Part shown: positions 50,433 through 62,983 of the stretch, piece by piece
How positions within the stretch are numbered: position 1 is the first letter of the stretch
Layout of the letters: each line of letters opens with the position of its first letter
Assembly (NCBI GenBank): GCA_052327205.1
Contig: CM126225.1
Location: 8,184,001 to 8,248,000 of the forward strand
Origin: Somniosus microcephalus
Taxonomy: Eukaryota
Direction: 5' to 3'
Length of the DNA: 64,000 nt
Translations under genes and position numbers: made by a program
Notes under the pieces: generated by a model
Told to the model about the DNA's origin: nothing
Database searches by the model: none
What the model saw: the letters and a program-made list of their open reading frames with translations, nothing else

Positions 50433-51587
50433 GCAATTAAATATTGAATTACCTTTCCACTGGTCAGTGAATCAGTAACAAGGAGACATAGACTTGGGAC
50501 TAGTACAAGAAGAATAAAGGGAGTTGTTATAAGGATTTTTTTCATGCAAAGATTTAATAGCATATGGAATTTTAAAACAAATTAAATGAAGCACGATAGT
50601 TAACGATCTCAGCCATCCCTCACTCTCGAGCACAAGGTGACTTAAGGCAGCTTCACACTGCTTCTCAACGGGGTTAGGTTGGATAAAATAGAACTTCAGT
50701 GTTGTGCAAAGCAGCAACCACTTGGCAGTGACACTAAAATTGTAACGTAAATACATTCTCGTATATGTAAAATGATCTGGATACAGAAACCAATTACAAG
50801 CATGTCAAATACACAAACACTAAAGTAGTAGGAGCAGGTGGTGAAGTTAGTGACTTGCAGAAGGATATACAATACTTGAGTTCTACAATTCGGTAGACAA
50901 ATGGCAAATTCAATGTAACGCTTACAAATGGATGGGCAGTGAGATAGTACAGAATTAGGACAAGGGCACTCAGAAAGAGGCCTGGGAGTAACAGATCATT
51001 TTCAATGTCGCGATGATATAGAAGGGCAACTAAAAAAAAAGCGCAATAGAATGTTGAGATATTGCACCATATTTCAGAAAAGATAAACACACACTTTGGA
51101 CAGAGTGGAAAGAGCATCAAGGAAGACCCCAGTGTAAAGGAGATGGGCTATCGAGGTAGATTAGTGAGGTTTAAGCTCTACAGTCTTGAGAAAAGTTGGT
51201 TAAAGTGGGAATCTTATCAAAATTTATAAAATAGTAAATGGGATAGATAAGGTGAACCCAGAATATTCCACGCAAATTGGACCACAGGACATAATTTTAA
51301 AGTAGTGAAATGTAAATTTAAAACAAACTGGTGGATTTCCCATGGCCTTGTTCACATTGATTCAGAGGATATGCTGTTTTATAACAATAATAGTAGTGCT
51401 CGTCATGTAGGGGATACAACAGGGCTACTGATTTACAGTGACTGAATAAATCAAATTCTGTTTTTACTGTTATTTAGGGATTTTTTTTTTTTTTTAGTTT
51501 GACAGGGCTTTGGGATCAATTTCCACAACTCTTGCCCATTATGTGAAAATGGTAAATGAGTGGCCTTTATTTTATATACTTGTCAAT

Positions 51588-51741
51588 CAATGTTCCCGTT
51601 AAGCCGCGCAGTGCTCCGGAGGTCCCATGCAGGCCACTCAGCAGCTTCACTGTGAAATAAACGCGCATGCACGGAAACTTGAATGGTCCGTGAAGCCCGT
51701 AAAAGGGGCCGCGCACCCAAAACAAATTAGCGAGAACATGG
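51588..51741. mobile_element. hAT-type MITE (~154 bp)
   Basis: TIR CAATGTTC.. / ..GAACATGG; 8-bp TSD TTGTCAAT/CTGTCAAT. Confidence 0.78.
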
Positions 51742-54700
51742 CTGTCAATCTCCCATCACATTGCACATAGGGAGTCAAAGCAAAAGTGTATTCTTCAGGG
51801 GAAACTGGATTTGAGGATGCGGGATAATTAAACCAGCGTCCGCAGACTATTTAAAAATCATACATTCTGTCCTTCTTTTCAATGGGAACTGCCTATGTAA
51901 GCTTGTGCTGTAATTACACCCTCTCACCAGCAGTGGTGCTGCAGCATCTCCATTAGAGGGAGAATGGGACTGCAGTGTGACAATCTTATATCGGGTATCG
52001 AAATTTATAATGGAAAGTTGACAGGAAGTGAATGCAAATGCAAGAATTTTAATATATTGTATAGATAGTCCTTTATGCATTTAATTTTCATCCCTTACCA
52101 TTTGTAAAGCTGAGATAGTATGCAAGATTACCAGTTGGAGGTGGATGTCTGATAGTTAACGGAGTGGGATTTAGTTGCACTGGGGAATGGCAGTGAGCTT
52201 TGATGACATTAGAGGATGATTCTAGGGTTTAGCAAAAAATAGTGGGGTTGCTGGGGTTTAGCAACATGGGTGGGGTGTCCTTTGTTCTGGCATCTCTGTG
52301 GAGAAGGGTGCCTGGGGTTATCAGAACTGTGGAGGTGGAACCTGGTGCTTGGCGGAACTTGGGGATGGACTGTAGGGTTTGGTTTACTGGTCGAGTTTTA
52401 GTATCAGTCAGTACTGAGGGAATGGGGAGGGATTCCTGGGTCAGCCAGTACAGTATTGGTTCGTGACTTCCTAACAGATTAGCACAAACATTGATAGGTT
52501 TTTGTGATTGGTTCTTGGACGTGTATCTGATGCACAACTGATAGTAATTAAACAGTTTACATTTTCTAACCATCAGCAGAATACAAAGTTTATCTGCTTG
52601 CTTTCAAAATTCGACTCATTTGGCTTTTTTTTTTAAACAGAGACTGCTGGAACAGAAATTGGGCTTGATGGATCTTGGAAAAGAGTGCACACTGCACGTG
52701 CTCGGACTGCAGGATCTGCTCACAGATCTGGGCAAAAATAGCAACTCAAGCCAAGGCTTTGGGGAAATTCTGAGGTCTTCAGGTAAAAACTTTAATGAAG
52801 ATATTAAAAGACAATTCAGTGGATAAATTTTATCAGGTTATTGCAAAATTCATAATTATTTGAAATTTGAGTTTATTTAAACTTTATTTTGGACAATAGA
52901 AATGTCAGTTACTTTGGGGGAAAATGTGCATTTTTCCCCAAAAGCATCGAGAGATCCGATTAGTTTACCAACAAATTGCAACGGCAAAATATTTACATCT
53001 AAATTCCCATTATAGATGTTTCCATTATAAATGTTGACATAAAAAGCATTGCTGAAACATTGTGACAATAAGAATTAAGCTTTGTGGACAGAAAGTGCAT
53101 GCCATATGCAAAACTAAACATTTTGAATAACCTTGCAGGTAAGTTAGTGGAGTCAAAGACATTAAGGTCATTTGGGTGAAAAGAATGAGTGAATTGGAAG
53201 TCTAGAGGGATGTGTTTTCATAGGCCAAAGGCCATTTTCTCATCCTTGACTTTTTCTTCTTTTCTTAGTGGAAAGCGAATTGGTAATTTAAAAGTAATTC
53301 AATTGAAATAAGCTGTGCAAATAAGCATTATGAATTTAAGTGAGTAGTACTGTGCTGAAATATTTTAGGCAAAAGTCATAGTACAATTTTTTCCCTCCAA
53401 TTATCCATAGTGTTTTCTACCTTTACTCCTCCACTCCAAAATATAGCTTCTGCTGGAATACAGTTCCACTGGCAGCCCCCAGTACTTCACCCCAGTAGCC
53501 ATTATTCATGTTTCAGCAGGTTACCTGACCTGCAGGGTTGAACTGTTTAATCCACCCCAATCTGTGACGATCCCTCCCCACTGGTTTAGGGTGAGTGTCT
53601 TCATTTCCTGCACCAGCAATCTTTATAGAACTGTGGGCAGCTTTGTGCTGTGGACTCAATCACCAGGAACTGGGCTGTGACTCACAAAGACAGTTAAGTT
53701 CGAATCTTCACAGCTTTCAAAGAGGAGAGTTTTATCCTATCAGTCCGGGCTAGATTCAAGCCCAGACCAAGTCGTATCCAACTCCACTACACAGTCCCCT
53801 CAGGTATAGTAGTTCCAAACTATAGATACATACGCAGTTGTGAGATGCTTTATTTTTCTATGAAAAATTACTACTCCCAACATACATTGCACCACACAAG
53901 ATGAAGCAGTTGCTTGCTCCAGCTTATCTCTGCAACCTCCTCTAGCCCTAAACTCCAACATCTAGTCTCTGCTCTTCTAGATGATCACTTTTCCCTCCAC
54001 TCCACTAATGGCAGAGCATTAAGCCATTACGTCTCTGCACTCAAATTCAAACCCCTCCATCTACATCTTATCCCACTTTCAAAAAATCTACCTCTATGAC
54101 CATGGCCTTAGTCACTTCTCTTAACTCTCCCCCCACCCCGACCTCAACTTCTGCTTAGTGTCCAATCTCCTTTGCAAGGCACCACGAAACATTTCACTAC
54201 ATTAAAAGGCACAGTCAAGTAGCAGCTGTTCTTGGTTTCCTTGACAGCACTACGAGCAAACAAGGACAGTTCTAACTGGTTAATGAAATTTACTGAAGCC
54301 CACTGCCATTATACATTTGGTGGGCAAATCCTCAATCTCAAAAATTTAAACCATGTGGCTCTACACACACTAGCATTAATTCCATCACTATTATTTTAAA
54401 AAACTAACACCGTGCCCTACAATTCATATTTAACGTTCAAATTTTCTCTCGTTTGACCCTCTCTCGGATTATAGTTTCTTTTCTGAATAGAAATCTTTGC
54501 TTTCCCAATCCTTTACTCTTTCCCCAGATCCTCATGTCTCTAGCTGAGATCCCCAGATTTCTCTCTTCCCAATCCGATCACTTTTGTTAAAACCCAAATG
54601 AAGCTTGCTATCAAGGTTGCTCCGCTTAGAAGGCAACAATTGACAGAAGACCAATACAGACTTATACAACATACGGAATTATCTTCTGCATCACAAACAT

Positions 54701-55329
54701 TATCCAAAATAGAAAATAATTACTTCAACAATGGTTTATGATCTTTGAATCAATTCAAGGGTCAAAAGAGGTATACAACAGGAAATAATAAATGTATTTT
54801 ACTACACCCCTTTTTACCGTTTATTAGCGCGGCAAAGCTACACAATCTTTCACCAGGCACTTTAGTCGAAGGCAATTATAGTTCAGTAATTAACTGCTAC
54901 AACAGACTCCCAGTGTCACGTCGACACTGTTCATGGTGGTGGTGGTGGTGGTGGTGAACAAGGGTCACAATGACACTAACTAAAACATGCATAGCAGCGA
55001 CATCTTCTCTAGACAAACACAGATATAGAAATTATTCCTAATAGGTGCTGATCACTGAAAATGTGGGTTAGTAAACTGCGGGTACTGTCTATTACTTCTC
55101 AATAAAATCCAGGATAGTATGTACAATAAGCAACAACTGTCAATTTCAAAGTCACTGTTCACACAGTATAATTTTCAATGCTCCTTTTCCTGTTGGCTAC
55201 CTGGCTTTATTGATTTATATCCATCTTTTTCCCCAGCCCAACCCGATTTTAAACATTTGCCCCTACACTTTTTTCGGATGGGGATTGGTCTTAATTTCTT
55301 CAAATATATAAATCAGTGGCTTACTTTGA

Positions 55330-56680
55330 GAAATTTCACCCCAATGCCAAATCTGCTCGGTGTTATATTCCTGAATAGCGGCCCAACGAGTCCTCGCTGT
55401 CGACCCTCCTCCACCTGGCTGAACTTGGTCTCAACGTGAACAACTTCTCAACTCCTCACATCCTCCAAATAAAATGTGTTGCTATGGCAACCCACAGGGG
55501 TCCCAGCTGTTCCTACCTTTTTGTAGCATATGTTTGAACAGTCCTGCCTAAGCCCCCCTCCTAGACATCCTCTTGTGCTACATTAACTATCGTGTGGGTG
55601 TTGCTTCTTCCTTTCACGGCTCTTGAGAATTTTTCAATTATGTTTTCAATTTCCACCCATTCCACACCTTCATGTGATCCATTTCTGACTCCTCCCTAGC
55701 TTTCTGGGCTTCTCTCAGCTTTCCACAGACATCTAGTGCTGTCCCACCAACTCCCATAATTACCTGGAATATGCTTCTTCCCACCCTGCATCCCATTAAG
55801 ACTCTATCCCTTCCTTTTAGTTTTGCCATCTCTGTCTGATTTACTCTAATGACTCTACCTTCCGAACCAGAGCTTCTGAAAAGTGATCAGGAAGGTCCCG
55901 ACTCCCTCTCCCTCCTCATAGCCTTGATGAAGTTCCCTGTCCACACCTCCTACCCTCCCGGCCTCCGCAGTCACCGCATCTTCAGCCATTTCTGCCACCT
56001 ACAACACTATTGCCCAAACGCATCTTTTCCTCACCTTCTCAGAGGGACTGCAACACCCTGATTCATTGTTCCACCACCCCAAGAGATGCAGTACCTGCTC
56101 TCTCACCTCTTCCCACATTGCTGTGCAGGGTCCCAAACACACTTTCCACATGAGACAACAATTTATGTGGACATCCTCTGATGTAGCATCACTATGGGTC
56201 TCCTCTACATTTGGGAAACTAAACGCAGAGTAGGTGACCACTTTACCAAACAACTCCAGTCTGCCTCAAATGCAGCCTGGGGCTACCTGTGACACTTCAC
56301 CTCCCCCTCACATTCCCAGTCTGACCTCAGTCATTGACCTCGTACACTGTGCCAGAGAAACGCAACACAAGCTCCAGGAAAAAAAGATCTCATCTTTCAG
56401 CTATGCATCCTGTGACACGCACCCCCCCCCCCCACACCCCGTCTGAACAATTACTTCAAATCCCCTTTTCTTGATTGTATTAATATATGACCTCTATCAA
56501 ACCCCCCTTTTTCTGACTATTAAGACTTCTACCAACCCCCCTCATTTAGGATTAATATACTTGTCTGTTCCAGTTCTGCAAGGTCCAAAAGGTGAACTTA
56601 TCTGCTCTCTCCAAGATACTGACTGACTTGCTAAGTGTTTCCAGATTTTTCTGTTTTGGTTCAGATTTCCAGTATTTTAC
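55330..56680 (+). mobile_element. Degenerate Penelope-like retroelement (RT/GIY-YIG remnant)
   Basis: TLLHLAELGLNVNNFS..HILQIKCVAMAT..GPSCSYLFVAY resembles the PLE RT motif LVLTLNNFSF..QIKGVAMGTRMGPSYA; LYIWETKRR near 56205. Confidence 0.7.
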
Positions 56681-56759
56681 TTTTTGACTTTTATCCACTG
56701 ATCGGCTAGGATGTATTTTCTGCTAGTTCTGAACTACAATTAGTTATGACAAACGTGAA

Positions 56760-57150
56760 ATTTTCCAGCAGAAGGAGGCTATTCGGCCCATTGTGCTGGC
56801 TCTTTGAAAGAGCTATCCAATTAGTCCCACTCCCCCTGCTCTTTCACCATATCCCTGTAAAAAAAATTCCTTTCAAGTATTTATCCAATTCCCTTTTGAA
56901 AGTTACTATTGAATCTGCTTCCACCGCCCTTTCAGGCAGCGCATTCCAGATCACAACAACTCGCCATAAAAAAAAAGTTTCCCACGTCACCTCTGGTTCT
57001 TTTGCCAATCACCTTAAATCCATGTCCTCTGGTTACAGCCCCTTCTGCCACTGGAAACTGTTTCTCCTTATTCACCAGCAAAACCATTCATGATTTTGAA
57101 CACCTACAACAAATCTCCTCTTAACCGTCCCTGCTCAAAGGAGAACCACC
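56760..57150 (-). mobile_element. CR1-type LINE 3' fragment
   Basis: Homologous to 15244-15658. Confidence 0.8.
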
Positions 57151-58233
57151 TTAGCAAAATACTGCAAATAAGAATCTTCAAATAAACAGAACAGTACATC
57201 ATGTTAAATTGAATCTGTGGAACAGCTTTTGAAAACAGGACTTTTGTGTTTGCTGTGAAACTCTGGCTACCTCCATATTCAAACAGAAGCAGGGAGGGAG
57301 AACTTGGTGAAGAAAGCTGTCTGAGAGAAACAAGACTAGAAATAGTACTGGCAACCCTCCGATAACTCACCAAAGTGTCTATTCTTCATGCACGAGTCTA
57401 GACAGAGCGCATCTGCAGATTATTTACCTTTAAGAGTGCATCACAGTCAAGCTCTGGTCTCAATCAGAGCACACACACTCGCTAGTAGGCAGCACTAGAG
57501 AATAATCAGAACCCTAACATTTTTTTCCTCCTCTAAGTGCATGTCCTAACTGAGCCATCAGTGGACTCGACCACATTACTCATTTAGTAGATTTTTTTCA
57601 GTCAATTTATAAAATCCCACAGGAAACTGAGCATTAAAATCACTAGTGTCTCGCTGCTTTAAATGCATGAATGGGCCCTAGCTGTAAAAAAAGACAAATA
57701 ATCAGATACAGAAAACGAAAACAAAAATGTTAGTTCTTTCTTTCTATTTGAGGCTATTTCTACTGCAATAGATTTATTCAGTCATCTTTCCATAAGTTTC
57801 CCCTGTGTGGTTATTTGAATTAACTATGTAAATATAAGCAATGTACTGAAAACAAATGTTAATAAAGAATTTATTTGGTAAATTAAATCACTAATTCTGA
57901 TCCTTGAGAATTTCATGTTGGATTAATCCCCGATATACTAAATGCAAAAATGCTCCCAGGCTGTATTTATTCAACAGACAGTTAATAAACTCAGACCCAT
58001 CTCAGTCTATTTACTGCCTGCTCCAGTCAGGTGGTTAGTTCAATCCCTGGAGAAGTATTATCGTAAGTCTGAGTGTACTCTGAAACCACCTACTGTACAC
58101 TGGGCTTAAATGGATACACATGCATTTGGGACAAAATATCAAACCAGAATTTAAAAAAAAAACATTTTAAGGATCACAATGCCTTGTGGAGTAACTTTGT
58201 TAATAACTGCATTCTGTTAAAAAAAATGAACAG

Positions 58234-58612
58234 AAGGCCATTGTGCCTTTCTGCATAAAGGGTGGGGATATATAACCCCCAAAAATGCCGATTGGTGAGC
58301 TTTCCTATATGATCTATTAATAACTGTATAAAACGCCCATTAGAACAATTTTGTAATCAAAAATAAATGCCATGTGACAATTAGAAAGCTGTAAATGGGC
58401 TCCCAAGTATTGAAAAGGCCACCGTGCCCTCTCTGCAAACATAGGTGGGGACATACAACTGCCAAAAAATTTAGACTGGCAATTACTTTTTAAATCCTGC
58501 TAGACTTGTAAACGCCAATATAAAAATGCCAAGTAACAATAACAATTTTACAATCAAAAATAAATACCAAGTGACAAATAGAGAGGGCATTAGTGGACTG
58601 AAGTATTGACAA
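58234..58612. repeat. Two diverged tandem copies of a ~180-195-bp unit
   Basis: Repeated blocks AAGGCCA..GTGCC..TCTGCA, GGTGGGGA, AATCAAAAATAAAT.CCA.GTGACAA, AAGTATTGA. Confidence 0.75.
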
Positions 58613-58915
58613 CTCCTAACCATTCCCAATGCCAATTAAGCACACAAGAGGCAGGCACTATAAATACACACATTTTTTGGCCACTTCAATTAGAACAGAA
58701 CCCAGATTCAGATAAAAGGCTGGATCTGCATTCAGCAAAGTTAGGAAAAGGCAACCCAAGCAAAACAGTAAGACAGACATCAATGAAAGCGCAATCATGA
58801 GTTAAGATTCACCAGCTACCCAGTATAGATTAATTATTTTTTTTATCTATAGATATTGGCTGCAATCCAATGCTTTGTGAACAAGGAAATATGTTAGCTG
58901 ATCTTTTACAAGGAA

Positions 58916-59629
58916 AAAACAAAGTGTATTCAAAAAGGTAATGTTTTATGACATTATATATAAACCATTACCACCACAAAGGAATTTGTATCTTGGTACA
59001 AGACACTTACACTTTTCTTTTAAAGTCAGCATCTTTAAACACAAGAATATTTATATAAAAATGCTAAACAGTATAAAGATATGTTTATATTTATATAAAA
59101 AATTAAACTCAAGATTGCTGCTGTCAATGGCAACAGCCTGAACACGGCGCCTGCGCCACAGAAGAACACTGAGCGACAGATCCAACGTTCCTCTCACAAA
59201 ATGTGTGCTTTCTTCTCCCTCCCCCTTTGCTTCTATTTTACACAACGTTCACTCCTGTAAACGTCTTGCTTTGCATTTTATTGGGGGAAAGCAACAACCT
59301 TCTGCACAGATATATCCAGTGCTTCTGCTTAAACTGAGGTCATTTATTTTAATTTTTTTTTAAAAACTCAAGCACCCCCCACTTCCTCCTCCTGGAATTA
59401 TAAAAAACGAACACAGTAAATAATCAGAGTTTAAAATGATATAAATTCCTTCCCCTACCTCATCCCTAAAATATCTTTATTTTAAAATAAAATATTCTTG
59501 TGTTTAAAGATGCTGGCCTTTTTAAAAATTATATAATTGTCTTATACCAAGATACAAATTCTTTTATGTGGCGTTAATGGTTTATATACAGTGTCATAAA
59601 ACATTACCTTTTTGAATACACTTGGTTTT
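58916..59629. repeat. Long AT-rich inverted repeat (arms ~58916-59090 and ~59468-59629)
   Basis: AAGTGTATTCAAAAAGGTAATGTTTTATGACA / TGTCATAAAACATTACCTTTTTGAATACACTT; CAGCATCTTTAAACACAAGAATATTT / AAATATTCTTGTGTTTAAAGATGCTG. Confidence 0.9.
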
Positions 59630-59858
59630 GCAGAGTTACACGGGTAATGAAGAATTTAAAAGCACCACTCCCCACACCATGGGTCCCAGGTAAAGGCCTG
59701 CGACTGAGCGGCCAGCACCCGGACTGGCTGCTAAGCTGCGCCCCGAGGCATTTTCCCTTTTTTTGAGGTAAATTTGCGGCCTTTAAGGCAGTTCCAGAGC
59801 CGGGGGTTAGATTAGGCAATGTGTGTGTGTTTTCTCCCCCTCTCTGTGTGGCCCTTAC

Positions 59859-60164
59859 CTCCACCGAGGCCTCCAGGTTGCCTTCGAAGGTGAAGTCGAT
59901 CAGGTCGGGCTTCAGGCACAGCGCGTAGTTCTCCGGGGTCACGTCGGCGGGGAGCCGCTCGAAGGGCCGCTTGGCCGGCATTTTGTCTGCGCTGCTGCCG
60001 CCGAGGAGCCGCCTCCTGATGCGGGCCCGGTTGCCGATTGCGAGTGGCGGGGATTGGGCGCCGAGGGTGCGGGGGAGGAGGAAGCAGCGTGGGCCTCTCC
60101 AGCAGCCGGGGGCGGTGAGCAGGCGGCGAAAGACGAGAAGCGCGGCGTCGCCGCCGAGCAACAT
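59859..60164 (-). CDS. NPEPPS: Coding exon 1 of puromycin-sensitive aminopeptidase (M1 family)
   Basis: Translation contains MPAKRPFERLPADVTPENYALCLKPDLIDFTFEGNLEASVE, matching the vertebrate NPEPPS N-terminus (human MPEKRPFERLPADVSPINYSLCLKPDLLDFTFEGKLEAAAQ). It ends at a phase-0 GAG|GTAAGG donor (intron starts 59858). In-frame ATGs at 60164 and 59981. Confidence 0.96.
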
Positions 60165-60380
60165 CAATGAAGCTGACAAACTGACCGCCCCCTCCCGTTC
60201 CGTGCGTGCGCGCCCGCCCCAACCAAACCACGTTCCCCCCCCCCGTGCGTCAGTGCGTGCGCGCTCCCCGCTCGCCCGCCCACCGAGCTGGTGGGGACGT
60301 GCGTGTCGGCACGAGCATCCACGGCGCCCAACGTCTTTGCGTCAGCAGCGCGGCCCCCCTGTTGGTCACGTGGGTGGCCA

Positions 60381-60453
60381 GAGTGCGCGTTCGCGGCAAG
60401 AGAGAGTGCGCGTTCCCGGCAAGAGAGGGTGCGCGTTCGCGGCAAGAGTGCGC
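60381..60453. repeat. Three copies of a 23-bp CpG-rich unit upstream of NPEPPS
   Basis: G(A/G)GTGCGCGTTC(G/C)CGGCAAGAGA x3. Confidence 0.85.
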
Positions 60454-60707
60454 ATGCTCGGGAGAGAGCGCCAGTGTGAGAGCGAGGGAGAGAGAGGGGG
60501 ATGGGAACGCTAACGCTGGAAGAGGCCTGCTAATTGATCACGAGGCCTAGGTTGGTCGTCTTTCTTTTTAAACTACATGTTATCAAGGACCGATGTGAAG
60601 TGGGGGGGATAAGCAGTACAAGGCACCACCCAGCTTGATAAGAGTGAGAAGAAAAAAGGCTGAAGGGGAAAAAAAAGTCATCATTTGAGGCCTGTCTCAT
60701 TGGAGTG

Positions 60708-60988
60708 TCATAGAAGATAGGAGCAGGAGTAGGCCATTCGGCCCCTCGAGCCTGCTCCGCCATTCAATGAGATCATGGCTGATCATCCAAACTCAGTACC
60801 TTGTCCCTGCCTTCTCCCCATATCCCTTGATTCCCTTTAGACTTTAAGAAATATATCTAACTCCTTCTTGAATATATTTAATGAATTGGCCTCAACTGCT
60901 TTCTGTGGTAGAGAATTCCACAGGTGCACCATTCTCTGGGTGAAGAAATTCCTCATCTCAGTCCTAAATGGCTTACCCCTTATCCTTG
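60708..60988 (-). mobile_element. CR1 3' end, same subfamily as 43846 and 48308
   Basis: CATAGAAGATAGGAGCAGGAGTAGGCCATTCGGCCCCTCGAG, near-identical to the other copies. Confidence 0.9.
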
Positions 60989-61447
60989 GATAGTGGGCAG
61001 CACCCTCGCCTCTGAGTCAGAAGGTTGTGGGTTCAAGTCCCCACTCCAGAGACTGGAGCACAAAAATCTAGGCTGACGCTCCCAGTGCAGTACCGAGGGA
61101 GGGCAGCACTGTTAGAGGTGCAGTCTTTTGGGTGAGTCGTTAAACCAAGGTCCCGTCTACTCTCTTATAGGTGGAAGTAAAAGATCCCACGGCCACTATT
61201 TTGCAGAAGAGCAGGGGAGTTCTCCCCGGTGTCCTGGGACGATATTTATCCCTCAACCAACATCACTAAAAAAAGATTATCTGGTCATCCTCCCATTGCT
61301 GTTTGTGGGAGCTTGCTGTGCACAAATTGGCTGCTGCGTTTCCTACATTACAACAGTGACCACACTTCAAAAAGTACTTCATTGGCTGCAAAGCGCTTTG
61401 GGATGTCTGTTGATCGTGAAAGGCGCTATATAAATGCAAGTCTTTCT
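60989..61447 (+). mobile_element. DeuSINE-type SINE
   Basis: B-box-like GGTTCAAGTCC, Deu-like core, tail GAAAGGCGCTATATAAATGCAAG. Confidence 0.8.
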
Positions 61448-61699
61448 GTAAGAGGAATCAGAAACTGAAGGTAGTGAGGAATTCCACAGTTGTGAGATTT
61501 ATGTAAAACATTTTTAAACTATATGTTACTGCAAAGCCCCAGGCTTGACTCCCTCTGGGATAAACCCACAGCTTCTCTCTGTGCCTCTCGGCATTCTTCC
61601 AAGGGCCCATTGAGGCACTCAGCACTGTCTTATTAGCTGGGGGCTAATTGTGCCAACCTCCTCGTCGCACTCACCCTTCGCACCACTGATCCCGTGGAC

Positions 61700-62975
61700 T
61701 CTGCCAGCTGATCAACCTTCACCGTTCTCCGCATTTCCCTTCAGAATGCCAGTTTATTTGCAAACAAGGCCCTTGCCATCCATGACATTATTGTGGATGA
61801 TTGCATTGGCATCATGACCTTGACAGAAACATGCCCTTTACTGAAGCCTCCCCACCTGGCTATACCATCCACCAACTGCCCTGCCCAAACCGCCACAGTG
61901 GCGGTGTGGCTCTTGGCACTAAATCTCACACTGGTCTGTCTTCCTACTCCTTTGAGCACCATACTTTGTTTCACCCCTCTCGCCTCGCTTTTAAAATCCT
62001 CATTCTCTGCTGCCCACCCAAATTTCTCACTGAGCTACACTCAATCCCAATGTTCCCTCTAATTTTTTTGGGGTGCTCGGCTGTTTTAAGTGGCTGCGCA
62101 GCCCATTCGAATTTTCGCGCATGCATGTTTTTTCCATTTAAAAGCCAGTGAGTGGCCTGCATGGGACCTCCAGACCGCTGCGCAGCTTAACGAGAACATT
62201 GCTCCCTTCCACAGCCTCTGTACTGAGCAACTTCTTATCTGTGATTTCAATCTCCATCTCAACTTACCTTACCCCTTCTCCTCTGAGTTTACTGCACTCC
62301 TGTCCTATCGAGGTTGTGGGTTCAAGTCACACTCGAGACGTGAGCACATAATCCAGGCTGACGCTCCCAGTGCAGTACTGAGGGAGTGCTGCGCTGTCGG
62401 AGGTGCCGTCTTTCGGATGAGACGTTAAACCGAGGCCCCAGTAGACGTAAGATATCCCACGGCACTATTTCAGATAAAAGCAGCGAAGTTCTCCCTGGTA
62501 TCCTGGCTAATATTTATCCCTCAACCAACATTGCTAAAAAAAATTGTTGTTTGTGGGAGCTTGCTGTGCACAAATTGGCTGCTGCGTTTCCTACATTACA
62601 ACAGTGACAACACTTCAAAAGTAATTCATTGGTTGTAAAGAACTTTGGGACATCCTGAGGTCGTGAAAGGCGCTATATAAATGCAAGTTGTTTCTTCCTT
62701 CTTTAAATAATGGAGTCTTTCATTATGATCAAATTTAGCTATATGGTTTAGCCATTCATCGCCAGATCTGGATGGACCACATCAAGCATTATTGGGCCAA
62801 GCTGTCCTCTGCCAAAATTGCTCATTACTCCCGGATCATCCTGGAATGCAAAGATAACCCCTGTCATCTTCTCACTACCAACTGTCTCCTTAAACCGCTC
62901 TCCCCTGCCCCCGCCACCCTCACCTCCAATAACATGCGAGGAGCTGATGGACTTCTGTCATTAAGATTGAAACCA
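61700..62975 (+). mobile_element. L2-type LINE endonuclease-region remnant, interrupted by a MITE and a SINE (62308-62700)
   Basis: LQNASLFANKALAIHDIIVDDCIGIMTLTET, SGGVAL, CDFNLH (APE motifs). Confidence 0.75.
62048..62201. mobile_element. hAT-type MITE, same family as 51588-51741, opposite orientation
   Basis: CAATGTTC..GAACATTG termini; internal GAGTGGCCTGCATGGGACCTCC is the reverse complement of the other copy. Confidence 0.75.
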
Positions 62976-62983
62976 TCCATTCA

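Larger units (their letters stand above)
1..59858 (-). other. NPEPPS: Probable NPEPPS intron 1 (continues beyond window start)
   Basis: Donor at 59858. No segment encoding exon 2 (approx. VRQATNQIVMNCADIDIITASY) or exons 3-4 was found by eye; a short exon could have been missed. Confidence 0.6.
59650..60545. promoter_or_regulatory. CpG island / NPEPPS promoter and 5' region
   Basis: Abrupt GC- and CpG-rich block in otherwise AT-rich, CpG-poor DNA, covering exon 1. Contains an E-box CACGTG (~60367) and an NRF1-like TGCGCATGC (~60449). Confidence 0.85.

Noticed and set aside
60381-60453. Short repeats considered as a CRISPR-like array
   Set aside because: Head-to-tail with no spacers, eukaryotic context, no cas genes.
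59812-60550. Several overlapping 60-180-aa ORFs around exon 1
   Set aside because: Expected from stop-poor GC-rich DNA; no recognisable domains.
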